Assembly: GCA_016839515.1 (NCBI GenBank)
Contig: JAEOUE010000108.1
Span: forward strand, 2,004 to 66,003
DNA length: 64,000 nucleotides
DNA from: Candidatus Hodarchaeum mangrovi
GTDB lineage: Archaea > Asgardarchaeota > Heimdallarchaeia > Hodarchaeales > Hodarchaeaceae
Reading direction: 5' to 3'
The notes under the pieces are model-generated. The model made no database searches, had not been told where the DNA came from, and saw only the letters and a program-made list of their open reading frames with translations. A program made the position numbers and the translations under genes. Positions 28,891-38,341 of this stretch are shown here, in pieces; position 1 is the stretch's first letter; each line of letters opens with the position of its first letter.

Positions 28891-31521
28891 ATGGAGATAA
28901 ATTATCAGATGAAACGATTTTATCGTTGTTTGATCATATTATTTTTTATCCTGGCCTTATTAAAAATTAATAATGTTCCTCTAACCACTGCTAATTCCCC
29001 CACATCGGTTTTATTTATGACAACTTCCAATGATGGAAAATTAAAGGAACGATTCAGTTTAGATCCAAAATATTTTATCGAAACACGGAATACATTACCT
29101 TCTAACTTAGAAATTTTTGATGTTATAATTTTAATTGATTTTATTTTTAATAGCTCTATTTTAACATCATATGAGGGAGGATTGATCATTTTTACTGGAC
29201 CAACCTTAGCAAATAATGGTACTTGCTTAGTAGAATTAGGATTAGCATCAACACCAATTGGGACAATAATTAATAATCCAGCTCTCCCAGTTGTGAAAAA
29301 AGGTGCTCTTTCCCATCCTTTATTAAAACAAATACAGTGGAATTCAATTCCAGTAATCACAAATTATTCTAATATAGCTCTACTTGGAACAATTTTGGTA
29401 GAAACCTCTTCAGATAGTATAAATCCAAATCTACCTTTAATCAGCTCAAATAATAATGATAAACATCTCATGGTTAATATTTGGCCAAATGAACAGCTGA
29501 ATTCTGAGTTTGTTCAATGGCCCTATTTTAATTATTTTCTATTTCTCCTTTTAGAGATCTCTACAAATCAATCTCCAATGAATTATGCTGATTGGCCCTA
29601 TTCTCCAGTTCCCCATCTTCCAGAATCTATCTTTCTTGGGCTCTCTGTTCTTCTTATAACTATTGTCACTGTTGGAGGGTATCAGTATGCTAAGAACTAT
29701 GCTCGTAAAAACCCAATAAATGAAAGAGATCTCCAAGAATTAGCCAAACAAATCGAAAAAGACCAAGACTGGGAAGATATAGGTATGCATCGGCCATTGG
29801 GAGGTTTTATGGTTCAATTCTTCATTGGAATTCTTATACTGTTACCAAATGTTATAATGAGTGCCTTGGTTTTTCCCTTACTAATTTTACCTTCTCCCCA
29901 AGCAGCAGGATTTTATGATTTTACTCTCCACTTTTTTGAGGCCCTCTGGTTACTATTTGATTTAGGAACTAGTACGGCATTAGTGAAGTTTTTTGCAGAA
30001 CATCGCGTTAAAAGGCCTCAATATTCAATACGTTTTATTCAGATTTTCATTTGGTTTCAATTAGTTTCAGGTATTATTCAGTTATTCTTGATCTCATTCC
30101 TTGGGTCTATTATTTTCCCCAGAACTTTTCTTGCACACATGTCTTGGGTCTTTGTTACTCATGCATTTTTTCAGTGGCCAGCATTCTTTATTGTATTCAT
30201 ACTAATTTTTCAAGGCATGAATCGATTAGACTATTATCAGATTTTAAATCTTTTATTATATGGAGTATTTAACATTACAATTCAATACTTAGTTATAATT
30301 ATCTTCCGATTAGTATTAGGTCCTAATATCATTTATGGTGACTCTTTGGCAGGAGCAATTGGTTACAGTATGGGGAATTACGTTGTAATGTGGACTGGAT
30401 TTCTAGTGGGGTTATGTTTCTTCAAACGCTTAGGTTTTTCCGTTAAAAGTATATTCCGAGTAGATTTCACTTTTGAAGAGATAAAAATAACTCTTAAATT
30501 TGGATCAAAATGGGCAATAGGAAATTTATTACCTCCCTTAGGCTGGTTTTGGCAAGTATTTTTACTATCAGCATTTTTACCAAATTATACAGAACAACAA
30601 GGCTTTTTTTCAATAGCTTGGTCTTTTGCATTAATTGTTATGCTAGTAGGTTTATTTGCTCAGTCCATCCTAGGCGGAGTTTCTGAATCATTTCATGCAG
30701 GGAGAAAAAAACTTACACAATACTATGCTGCTAGTTCTTTAAAGTGGTCCGCGTTTTTTGATTTTTTCTTTGTTGCAGCATTACTAACAATTGGACCTAA
30801 ATTTATTTTAGGTGGAGCAGGTTCTGAATGGATTGGGGCAGCTATTTTAATTCCTTGGTTACTCATATTTCATGGATTTGGATATTTATCTTGGCTTGGA
30901 GATTGGATGTTTGCAGGATCAGATCGTCCTGGATGGGCAGCAATTTCTTGGATAATAGAACAAGGAATCAGAGGTGTTTTATTGCTTCTCTTTATTCCAA
31001 ATTGGACTTTATTTAGTAAAACCTTTGGTAGTCCAATGATTGCTGTAATGTTTGCTTATATTCCAGCCTTAATAATTAAAGATATATTTATGTGGTGGGG
31101 AATACGTCGTTCAGAATTCTTCCGTTTTCCATGGCGTGATGTTGTTTATCAAGGTTTTATCGCTCCGATATTAAGTGGAATACTAATTTTTTTACTTTTA
31201 GATTCCTTATTTAACATTATATGGCAAGGTGATATTCTAACTTCTGTAATAATTCTTCTTATCGGAATCATTGGAGGAATTTATCTATTTAGCTTCATAT
31301 ATGGATTATTAGGAGGGTTTGATGATAATTCACTCACTGAATTCCACCGTGCAGCAAAAATGGCTAAAGGACTCCGTTTTCCAGCAATCTTACTTTATAA
31401 AACATCAAGAGTAGGGGCGAGAGTCTCTCCATTACACAATAGATTCCCAATTACGATTTTCGAAAGTGCCATGCAGGAAGCACATAGCTTAACAAAAGAG
31501 AAAGAAGAGCTTGTAATTTAA
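28891..31521 (+). CDS. Large polytopic membrane protein, Wzx/MOP-flippase-like core with ~230-aa N-terminal extracytoplasmic domain
   Basis: 876 aa. Signal/TM at the N-terminus and 12 or more hydrophobic spans with polysaccharide-biosynthesis-protein-like composition. No catalytic motif recognised. Confidence 0.35.
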   Translation: MEINYQMKRFYRCLIILFFILALLKINNVPLTTANSPTSVLFMTTSNDGKLKERFSLDPKYFIETRNTLPSNLEIFDVIILIDFIFNSSILTSYEGGLIIFTGPTLANNGTCLVELGLASTPIGTIINNPALPVVKKGALSHPLLKQIQWNSIPVITNYSNIALLGTILVETSSDSINPNLPLISSNNNDKHLMVNIWPNEQLNSEFVQWPYFNYFLFLLLEISTNQSPMNYADWPYSPVPHLPESIFLGLSVLLITIVTVGGYQYAKNYARKNPINERDLQELAKQIEKDQDWEDIGMHRPLGGFMVQFFIGILILLPNVIMSALVFPLLILPSPQAAGFYDFTLHFFEALWLLFDLGTSTALVKFFAEHRVKRPQYSIRFIQIFIWFQLVSGIIQLFLISFLGSIIFPRTFLAHMSWVFVTHAFFQWPAFFIVFILIFQGMNRLDYYQILNLLLYGVFNITIQYLVIIIFRLVLGPNIIYGDSLAGAIGYSMGNYVVMWTGFLVGLCFFKRLGFSVKSIFRVDFTFEEIKITLKFGSKWAIGNLLPPLGWFWQVFLLSAFLPNYTEQQGFFSIAWSFALIVMLVGLFAQSILGGVSESFHAGRKKLTQYYAASSLKWSAFFDFFFVAALLTIGPKFILGGAGSEWIGAAILIPWLLIFHGFGYLSWLGDWMFAGSDRPGWAAISWIIEQGIRGVLLLLFIPNWTLFSKTFGSPMIAVMFAYIPALIIKDIFMWWGIRRSEFFRFPWRDVVYQGFIAPILSGILIFLLLDSLFNIIWQGDILTSVIILLIGIIGGIYLFSFIYGLLGGFDDNSLTEFHRAAKMAKGLRFPAILLYKTSRVGARVSPLHNRFPITIFESAMQEAHSLTKEKEELVI

Positions 31522-31535
31522 AATTTTCCTTGAAT

Positions 31536-32105
31536 TTAAAGTATATTTAGGATTACAAATAATAATGTAAAAGGGATAACCCATAAAATTGCGGGAATCA
31601 TGTTGACAATAGAAATGTCTTGTATTTCTAAGATTCTAAAGCCTAAACCTAATATTAAAATCCCTCCAACTATATATATCATATCAATTATTACGATAGA
31701 TAAATTTGCTCCTAAAAACATAGCAAGAATTGTAATAGTTCCCTGATAAACTAATACTATAATAATACTAAATATGACGCCAGTTCCATATGAAGTGGCA
31801 AGAACTAACACCATGATTCCATCTAAAGTCGACTTGATAAGTAGTAAGGTAAGGTCTTGAGTAAGACCATCATTGATTGATCCTAAAATTGCCATAGGAC
31901 CTGTTTCAAATATTATAGAAGCTATTAAAAAGCCTTCCACAAATTTCGTTTCACTCCTTTTAGCTTTTGCTTTTAACCGTTCACCATGCTTATTTAGATT
32001 CCCTTCAATATTAACAATCACCCCTGAAATTCCACCTAATACGAGTGAAAAAATTGTAATTAGAAATTCTTTTGCTCCCAAACCTTGTTCGGGAGATATA
32101 CACAT
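31536..32105 (-). CDS. DUF554 (YdfK/YqgA-like) membrane protein, C-terminal 189 codons
   Basis: SLVLGGISGVIVNIEGNLNKHGERL..., FETGPMAILGSINDG..., DGIMVL. The ATG is directly preceded by an in-frame TAA and the N-terminal part of the family. Confidence 0.75.
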   Translation of the reverse strand: MCISPEQGLGAKEFLITIFSLVLGGISGVIVNIEGNLNKHGERLKAKAKRSETKFVEGFLIASIIFETGPMAILGSINDGLTQDLTLLLIKSTLDGIMVLVLATSYGTGVIFSIIIVLVYQGTITILAMFLGANLSIVIIDMIYIVGGILILGLGFRILEIQDISIVNMIPAILWVIPFTLLFVILNIL

Positions 32106-32108
32106 TTA
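32106..32108 (-). other. In-frame TAA inside the DUF554 gene (context ATT TAA ATG)
   Basis: Own translation: ...GIGLITIILGI-TAA-MCISPEQG... Confidence 0.9.
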
Positions 32109-32246
32109 AATTCCCAGTATAATTGTTATCAATCCTATACCTTTGATTGTAATACTCTTCATCTCTTCAGAGAAGTATTTACCAATTGAAAGACCACCAA
32201 GGGTTCCAAAAACGACCGTAATACAATTAATCAATGTTCCAAACAT
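32109..32246 (-). CDS. DUF554 protein, N-terminal 46 codons (same frame as 31536-32105)
   Basis: MFGTLINCITVVFGTLGGLSIGKYFSEEMKSITIKGIGLITIILGI, a typical DUF554 N-terminus. Too short for the ORF track. Confidence 0.7.
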
Positions 32247-32455
32247 TTGGCTTCTTCCTTGGTTTTTATCCAAAAAATTAATATTTTTTAAGTAATTAAT
32301 ACCTAAAATAAATCTATAAGGAGAGCTAAAAAAACTTTGAAAAAGATTTAGATTCCTTATATCCTCTAATTATTCCTTTTAATATTTGGTAAATTAGTGA
32401 TTCGAAACTCCTTCTCTATCAAGTATCCACGAAAAGATCATAAGGATTAATTTTT

Positions 32456-32788
32456 ATGCTTCAGATGAGCAAGAAAGGGTTACTGAAGGCACCAATTATG
32501 AGTGTAATAGATAAAAAAGTACGAAAGAAAAGAAGATGGGGAAAAATTTTTGAATATAGTAGTTACGAACGTTTACTACCTGTTGGTAAAGAATATGAAG
32601 AAATTTTGAATGAATTAATTAAAGAATATTCTAAGAAAAAATCTATTCTTGTAACTCCTCAAGAAATTGCCTCAAAACGAGACATTCGGGTTTCAGTTGC
32701 AAAACGTTTACTTGACGATCTAACAGAAAAGAAAATTCTGAAACAGGAACATTCTTCTAAACGTTTAAAGGTTTATACTAGAGCTTAA
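32456..32788 (+). CDS. rps25e: Ribosomal protein S25e
   Basis: Basic N-terminus then ...LVTPQEIASKRDIRVSVAKRLLDDLTEKKILKQEHSSKRLKVYTRA, the S25e wHTH signature. Confidence 0.8.
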   Translation: MLQMSKKGLLKAPIMSVIDKKVRKKRRWGKIFEYSSYERLLPVGKEYEEILNELIKEYSKKKSILVTPQEIASKRDIRVSVAKRLLDDLTEKKILKQEHSSKRLKVYTRA

Positions 32789-32846
32789 TCTGAAGACATG
32801 ATAGCTCTTAAAATGACCCTTTTTTGAGTAAACTAAGTGAAAATAT

Positions 32847-33494
32847 TTGAGCTTTAGAAATAACCTTCATTTGATGAAGCAGCTATTAAGACAGGGTTGG
32901 ATTCGGGCGGGAGTTCCATTAAGTTCCATTGAGTCGCTTGCTGATCATTCTTGGTCCTCAGCAGTTATATCATACATTTTAGTACAATTAGAGAATGAAT
33001 TTAGAAAAAGAAATAATTTTTCGTTATTAAATGTTGAAAAGGCAGTTTGTATTGCACTTTTTCATGATTTTCAGGAGTCTCAATACTTTGATATGGACAA
33101 GAGTTTAGAAAATCTTGTTGATAGTAGTTTATGGGGAAATATTGTTACAAAAATAAATGAGTCTGCAATAGATAACTTAATTGAAGATATACCTAAATCT
33201 GTCCAGAATTCAATATATAAGCTAATGAAGGATCGAAAGAGTGAGGAATATCACATTGCTAAAGCTGCAGATTTACTTGATCTCTATTTTCAAGCAGTCG
33301 AATATTTTAATCGAAATTGGATAGTAGAGTCTCAATACAAGAAATTTACAAAAAAAACACTTTCCAAGTTGAAAGGTTATGAAAAGCAATTTCCTTCAAT
33401 AAGGGAATTATATGATGAGCCTCATGACTCATATTATTACCTAGCTTTTTTTATTCATCTTCTTTTAATTGTGTGTACTCAACAACCTCTTTAA
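32847..33494 (+). CDS. HD-domain phosphohydrolase (YfbR-like 5'-nucleotidase family)
   Basis: LRQGWIRAGVP..ESLADHSWS...ALFHDFQES...D pattern. The hydrophobic C-terminal tail overlaps the convergent gene by 44 nt. Confidence 0.7.
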   Translation: MSFRNNLHLMKQLLRQGWIRAGVPLSSIESLADHSWSSAVISYILVQLENEFRKRNNFSLLNVEKAVCIALFHDFQESQYFDMDKSLENLVDSSLWGNIVTKINESAIDNLIEDIPKSVQNSIYKLMKDRKSEEYHIAKAADLLDLYFQAVEYFNRNWIVESQYKKFTKKTLSKLKGYEKQFPSIRELYDEPHDSYYYLAFFIHLLLIVCTQQPL

Positions 33495-34461
33495 TAAATT
33501 CTATGCTAACATCAAAAAAATTATTAGAATCTGGCAACTTTATTCCTAATTTAAATGCGTGTGCCTGTTCTAGCATTGTATAAAATTTCGAAAAAGGTGA
33601 TTTTTCTCCAAATATTTCTCGAATTTCTTCATGAATATCTGGTTTAACTAAATCCATTTGCACTGAATTGAATCCAACTTCATAACACGAGAGTGCAAAT
33701 GCAATGTCGATTACAGAACCTCCTATTAAATACTCCAATTCTCCATCAGGTAGATCTTCTTCTTTGGCAGCGCTAATTATTTCATCAAATGATGCAATTG
33801 CATCCGCAATCAATACCCTTGCCGATTCTTTTAATTGCTCTTCCGTAATTTCAAGTTTTGTGAAAACATTTTCACCATATTTAACCTCACCATCTTTTGC
33901 ATAAAGCGCATGAATATGAGTAAAGACGGATCCGAATTTTTCGAGTTGTGGGAGATCATCTTCCTTTAAAATCATTAAATCAAAAATGTGAGCAACTTCA
34001 GGAGTTATAATTTCCTCTGCAATTGAATTGATTGACTCAATAGCCTCCTCCTCATTTAGGATATCTGATCGTAAAACCACCACAAAATTAATATCACTTT
34101 CACCAACAACATGTAATCGCTTTGCATATGAACCGTAAATAATTATCGCTTTAATATTATCTTTTAACATATCATTGGTAGTAAGTCTACTGACAACTTG
34201 ATTTTCTAACATTTCGTACTCTGTCGATTCATCTCCTCCTAATTCTTCTTCAGAAATTTCAGAAAGATCATCTTCATCTAATTTATTTGCTTTTTCAATC
34301 TCTTCTTTCACAATTGCCATTGAAGATCTGACTATATTTTTCAAGTCAGGATTATCTGTAATTGCCAGTTTTAGTACAGATGTAAGTGTAGCCTCACCTT
34401 GTTCTAAGCGTACTTGAATCGCATAATTTTGAATAAGAGCCCGAAGTTCTGATTCATCCAT
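33451..34461 (-). CDS. Pol-beta-superfamily nucleotidyltransferase with GatB/YqeY-like N-terminal helical domain and helical C-terminal domain
   Basis: NTase motif IIYGSYAKRLHVVGESDINFVVVL. N-terminus LRALIQNYAIQVRLEQGEATLTSVLKLAITDNPDLKNIVRSSMAIVKEEIEKAN resembles the N-terminal/YqeY-type domain of archaeal GluRS and GatB. Confidence 0.6.
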   Translation of the reverse strand: MDESELRALIQNYAIQVRLEQGEATLTSVLKLAITDNPDLKNIVRSSMAIVKEEIEKANKLDEDDLSEISEEELGGDESTEYEMLENQVVSRLTTNDMLKDNIKAIIIYGSYAKRLHVVGESDINFVVVLRSDILNEEEAIESINSIAEEIITPEVAHIFDLMILKEDDLPQLEKFGSVFTHIHALYAKDGEVKYGENVFTKLEITEEQLKESARVLIADAIASFDEIISAAKEEDLPDGELEYLIGGSVIDIAFALSCYEVGFNSVQMDLVKPDIHEEIREIFGEKSPFSKFYTMLEQAHAFKLGIKLPDSNNFFDVSIEFIKEVVEYTQLKEDE

Positions 34462-34581
34462 TGAAAATCATCGTCCTATCGTTATTCATCTCTTAATTCT
34501 CTGATTTGGTTGTTTACGGTATTTTAATATTAGGAAAAATACCTATTTATGGTTTAAGATTTGCACTTAAATTTATAAAAC

Positions 34582-35793
34582 TTAAGGCTTTCCTTGAAAG
34601 TAAGCTTTACTATTGGATAATCGGTTTCGAAGTTTTCCAACTTCTAAATTGATATTCCCTTCTTCATGAAGAGAAATTTTTCCTTTTTTTCGTATTAAAT
34701 TGACGATTTTGGCAATTATGAACCCAAGATCCAACATATCTTGTTCTTTAAATCCCCGATGAGTCAATTCAGCAGTTCCAAATCTTAATAATCCATCAGT
34801 TACGATTTTATACCTATATAGACAATCTCTAAGATATTCTCCTTCTAGTGAATCTTGAATTTTCAATAATACTTGGTGAGACTCGGTAAAACCTAATTTT
34901 TCTCCAAATAGAGGGATGTGATTTTCATAGAGAGAGTTTGCTAATTTTTTAGAGTTCTTGACTACTTGAGTAGCATAATCCCTCCCATATTCTTTAAATT
35001 CTCCAAATGATATACCTAAAGCGGCTATTCGAGAATTGTGGATATTATCAACAAGACCTATTCCTTCTAGGGGATCTATACCAATTAATCGTTCTAATTG
35101 ATCGTTTTGGAAATCATTTGATAAAATAATACCTCCTTGAGGACCTGGAAATGATTTGTGAGTTGATCCTAATAAAATATCTGCTCCTTCTCTAAGAGGA
35201 TCTTGAAATTCTCTACCTGCAATTAATCCAAGAACATGCGAAGCATCATATATGACCACTCCACCATATTTATGAATCTCCTCTGCGATCTCGGCAATAG
35301 GTTGTGGAAATAGAATTAAAGATGCTCCCAAAATAACTAAAGAAGGTTTTAAGTTTCTTATCATTTCTCTAGTTTTAGCGATATTAATATTAAAATGATC
35401 TATGTTATATGGAATATCTATCTTTTTTCGATTAAAAATTTCCAAATTGAGAGGGTATCCTCCTCCAGGGAAAAACGGGAGAATTGCGATTTGGTCACCT
35501 GGATTTGAAAAAGTAAAAATTATAGCTAAAAGAGCCATATTACCTGAAAGAGGAGAAATATGAGCTGAGGAACAACTAAACAGATCCTTTGCTAAACTAA
35601 TAGTTTTTTCATAAATTTCTAAAAAAACCTCAGTCCCTGCATAAAATTTCGCATGATACCGGGAATTTTCAACACTTAAAGCATATTTTACATTTGGACT
35701 TAGACAATTTTCAGATGCAATCATATTTAAGGAGGACGAACGAATATTTTCATGTTTTTTTAATAAATTAAAAATATCCAAGTTTAAAATCAC
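34582..35793 (-). CDS. glyA: Serine hydroxymethyltransferase-family PLP enzyme (divergent)
   Basis: LNMIASEN..., PLP-lysine signature LLGSTHKSFPGPQGG. The canonical NKYAEGYPGKRYY and GGHLTHG blocks are replaced. Confidence 0.6.
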   Translation of the reverse strand: MILNLDIFNLLKKHENIRSSSLNMIASENCLSPNVKYALSVENSRYHAKFYAGTEVFLEIYEKTISLAKDLFSCSSAHISPLSGNMALLAIIFTFSNPGDQIAILPFFPGGGYPLNLEIFNRKKIDIPYNIDHFNINIAKTREMIRNLKPSLVILGASLILFPQPIAEIAEEIHKYGGVVIYDASHVLGLIAGREFQDPLREGADILLGSTHKSFPGPQGGIILSNDFQNDQLERLIGIDPLEGIGLVDNIHNSRIAALGISFGEFKEYGRDYATQVVKNSKKLANSLYENHIPLFGEKLGFTESHQVLLKIQDSLEGEYLRDCLYRYKIVTDGLLRFGTAELTHRGFKEQDMLDLGFIIAKIVNLIRKKGKISLHEEGNINLEVGKLRNRLSNSKAYFQGKP

Positions 35794-35927
35794 CTTATTC
35801 AGTATACAAATTTACATCATCTAGTTGAGGATCATCGAATAATAAATCCTCTGATGCCTACAACAAATATTAATTTTAAAATAAAATAAAATATGTATCT
35901 TTAGGCTTTATCTAGAGGTTAACCTTT

Positions 35928-36671
35928 ATGATTGATTCCCATGCTCATCTTCTCCCTGATTTTGTCAATGATGTCGAACAGTTGGTAATTAATGCCCAAA
36001 ATTCTGGTCTAACGGCAATAATTAATTCTGCTATTGAACCAAAGCATTATAATTATTCAAGAGAACTTGCAGAAACCTTTAAATCATTTGTTTATAGCAC
36101 TTATGGTTTTGCTCCTCAGAAAATTAAATCTCTAAATGATAATGAATCCATTGAAGCAATAAGAAAGATTAAATCCTTGGTTGCAATTGGTGAAATTGGT
36201 TTAGACTACCATTGGATACAAGAAAGGGAATGGAGAGAACAAGAAAAAAATGCTTTTTCAAAATTCATCAATTTTGGGAATGAAATGAAACTACCTCTTG
36301 TTATTCATTCAAGAAAAGCTGAAGAAGAGTGTATTTCGATCTTAGCAAAGAAAGCTGAAGTACCAGTCTTAATGCATTGTTTTGCGGGAACAATTGATCA
36401 AGCAAAGCAGGTAATTGATCTTGGATGGCTTATCTCAGTACCTACTGCAGTCAAAAACAGAAAGAAGCATCGAAAGATTACGAGAATTACTCCATTAGAT
36501 TTTATTGTAGTAGAAACCGATACTCCCTTTCTAAGCCCATTTAAAGGGAGATCTAATGAACCAGCAAATATTAGATATGCAATTCAAGAAGTTAGTTTAT
36601 TAAAAGACACAACTTTTGAAGAGGTCGAATTGGTTACTACACGTAACGCTAAAAAATTTTTCAAAATCTGA
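35928..36671 (+). CDS. TatD-family metal-dependent hydrolase/DNase
   Basis: MIDSHAHL..., GEIGLDYHW, VIHSR, MHCF, ETDTPFL motifs. Confidence 0.85.
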   Translation: MIDSHAHLLPDFVNDVEQLVINAQNSGLTAIINSAIEPKHYNYSRELAETFKSFVYSTYGFAPQKIKSLNDNESIEAIRKIKSLVAIGEIGLDYHWIQEREWREQEKNAFSKFINFGNEMKLPLVIHSRKAEEECISILAKKAEVPVLMHCFAGTIDQAKQVIDLGWLISVPTAVKNRKKHRKITRITPLDFIVVETDTPFLSPFKGRSNEPANIRYAIQEVSLLKDTTFEEVELVTTRNAKKFFKI

Positions 36672-36687
36672 CATTTTATAATTATCT

Positions 36688-38340
36688 TTGGTGAAGAAAG
36701 TGTCTGAAAAGAGTTTAAAGTACCGTGATGAAGTGGTTAAGAAGCTAGAAAACGAAAAATTCGATATTTTAATAATAGGTGGTGGAATTACAGGAGCAGG
36801 AATAGCAAGAGATGCAGCTCTTAGAAAACTTAAAGTAGCATTAATTGAGAAAGGTGATTTTGGATCTGGAACAAGCAGTGGATCTTCAAAGCTAGTACAC
36901 GCAGGTTTACGTTATCTTGCTCAGAAAGAATTCCGTTTAGTATTTGAAGCCTCAAAAGAACGGAAAAAATTATTAGAAATGGCTCCACACCTAACAAGAC
37001 CTTTAAAATTCTTAATTCCGTTACATTCAGACACAAAAACACCTAAGAATAAAATAAGATTAGCTGTATGGCTTTATGATTTTTTAGCTGGATTTAAAAA
37101 CTATACTTTCCACCAGATATTAGGAGAAGAAAAATCACGAGAGGTATTACCCAAATCGCTTAGGAGTGAAAATTTTCAGGGAGCTGCGTTATACGGGGAT
37201 GGACAGATGGATGATGCACGATTAACATTAGATGTAATTCTTTCTGCAGAAGAATATGGAGCTTATATTTTAAATTATTGTTTAGCTGAGGAATATCAGG
37301 TAGGAATAGATGAAAAAATCGAAACAGTTGTTGCTGTAGATAGAATATCAGGTAAAAAAATAAAAATTGCTGCTAAATATATTATTTTAGCCTGTGGTCA
37401 TTGGACTGATAAAATAATCAGACAATTAAATCCTAAGACTCCTATACGAATTCTTCCTTCTAAGGGAATACATATAATAACTGAAAAATTTTACGATCAA
37501 GATTTTGCTGTAGTTGTACCTGTAAAAGATGGAAGGATAATATTCTTAGTTCCATTTGGTGATAATTTACTCATTGGTACAACTGATACAGAATATTCAG
37601 AGGACCTAGATTATGTTCCTGTTCTAAATGAGGAGATAGAATATTTAATTGAAGCTATCAATTTCATTTTTCCAGGAATTTTGAAGAGAGAAAATATTTT
37701 AAGTGCTTATTCAGGGGTAAGACCATTAGTCTTATCACCAAATGCGAAATCGGAATCAGATACTTCACGAAAACACGAAATCTTTTCTGTTAAAGCTAAT
37801 ACCTTCGCTATTGCTGGGGGTAAGTACACAACATATCGATCTATGGCTAAGGAGATAGTAGACAAAGTTTCAAAGGAATTAAGTTTAACAACAAAATGTA
37901 TCTCTGATAAAATGCCATTATATGGTTGGCAAGCAATAACACGTTCTCAATGGAATAGTTGGAAGACTTTGATAAAAGAAGAAATGATTTATAGATACAA
38001 TTTTCCAGATGATGTAGCTGAACATTTAACTACCTATGGGAAGCATTATAAGTCAATTTGTGAGATTTCAGAGACCAATCCAGAGTTAAAGAAGCGGATC
38101 TCAGGATCTAGACCTTATATCTTTGCAGAAGTAGTATATATGATAAAAAATGAAAAAGTAGTTACTCTGAATGATGTAATGCTAAGACGAACACAAATTC
38201 AACTCTCAGAAAATCAAGGATTGGACTGCGTTGAAGATTTAGCACAATTTATGGGTAAATATATGGACTGGACACCAGAGAAAATAGCAAATGAAATAAA
38301 AAATTATCATGAAAGTTTAGTATTTAAACCCACATCCTAG
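36688..38340 (+). CDS. glpD: FAD-dependent glycerol-3-phosphate dehydrogenase (GlpA/GlpD family)
   Basis: DILIIGGGITGAGIARDAALRKLKVALIEKGDFGSGTSSGSSKLVHAGLRYL, a near-canonical GlpD N-terminus. 550 aa with C-terminal helical domain. Confidence 0.85.
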   Translation: MVKKVSEKSLKYRDEVVKKLENEKFDILIIGGGITGAGIARDAALRKLKVALIEKGDFGSGTSSGSSKLVHAGLRYLAQKEFRLVFEASKERKKLLEMAPHLTRPLKFLIPLHSDTKTPKNKIRLAVWLYDFLAGFKNYTFHQILGEEKSREVLPKSLRSENFQGAALYGDGQMDDARLTLDVILSAEEYGAYILNYCLAEEYQVGIDEKIETVVAVDRISGKKIKIAAKYIILACGHWTDKIIRQLNPKTPIRILPSKGIHIITEKFYDQDFAVVVPVKDGRIIFLVPFGDNLLIGTTDTEYSEDLDYVPVLNEEIEYLIEAINFIFPGILKRENILSAYSGVRPLVLSPNAKSESDTSRKHEIFSVKANTFAIAGGKYTTYRSMAKEIVDKVSKELSLTTKCISDKMPLYGWQAITRSQWNSWKTLIKEEMIYRYNFPDDVAEHLTTYGKHYKSICEISETNPELKKRISGSRPYIFAEVVYMIKNEKVVTLNDVMLRRTQIQLSENQGLDCVEDLAQFMGKYMDWTPEKIANEIKNYHESLVFKPTS

Positions 38341-38341
38341 A

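Noticed and set aside
28920-29360. 146-aa minus-strand ORF, and similar track ORFs 29551-29736, 30051-30272, 30828-31016
   Set aside because: All are embedded in or antisense to the 876-aa membrane-protein gene. None has an SD box or a recognisable motif.
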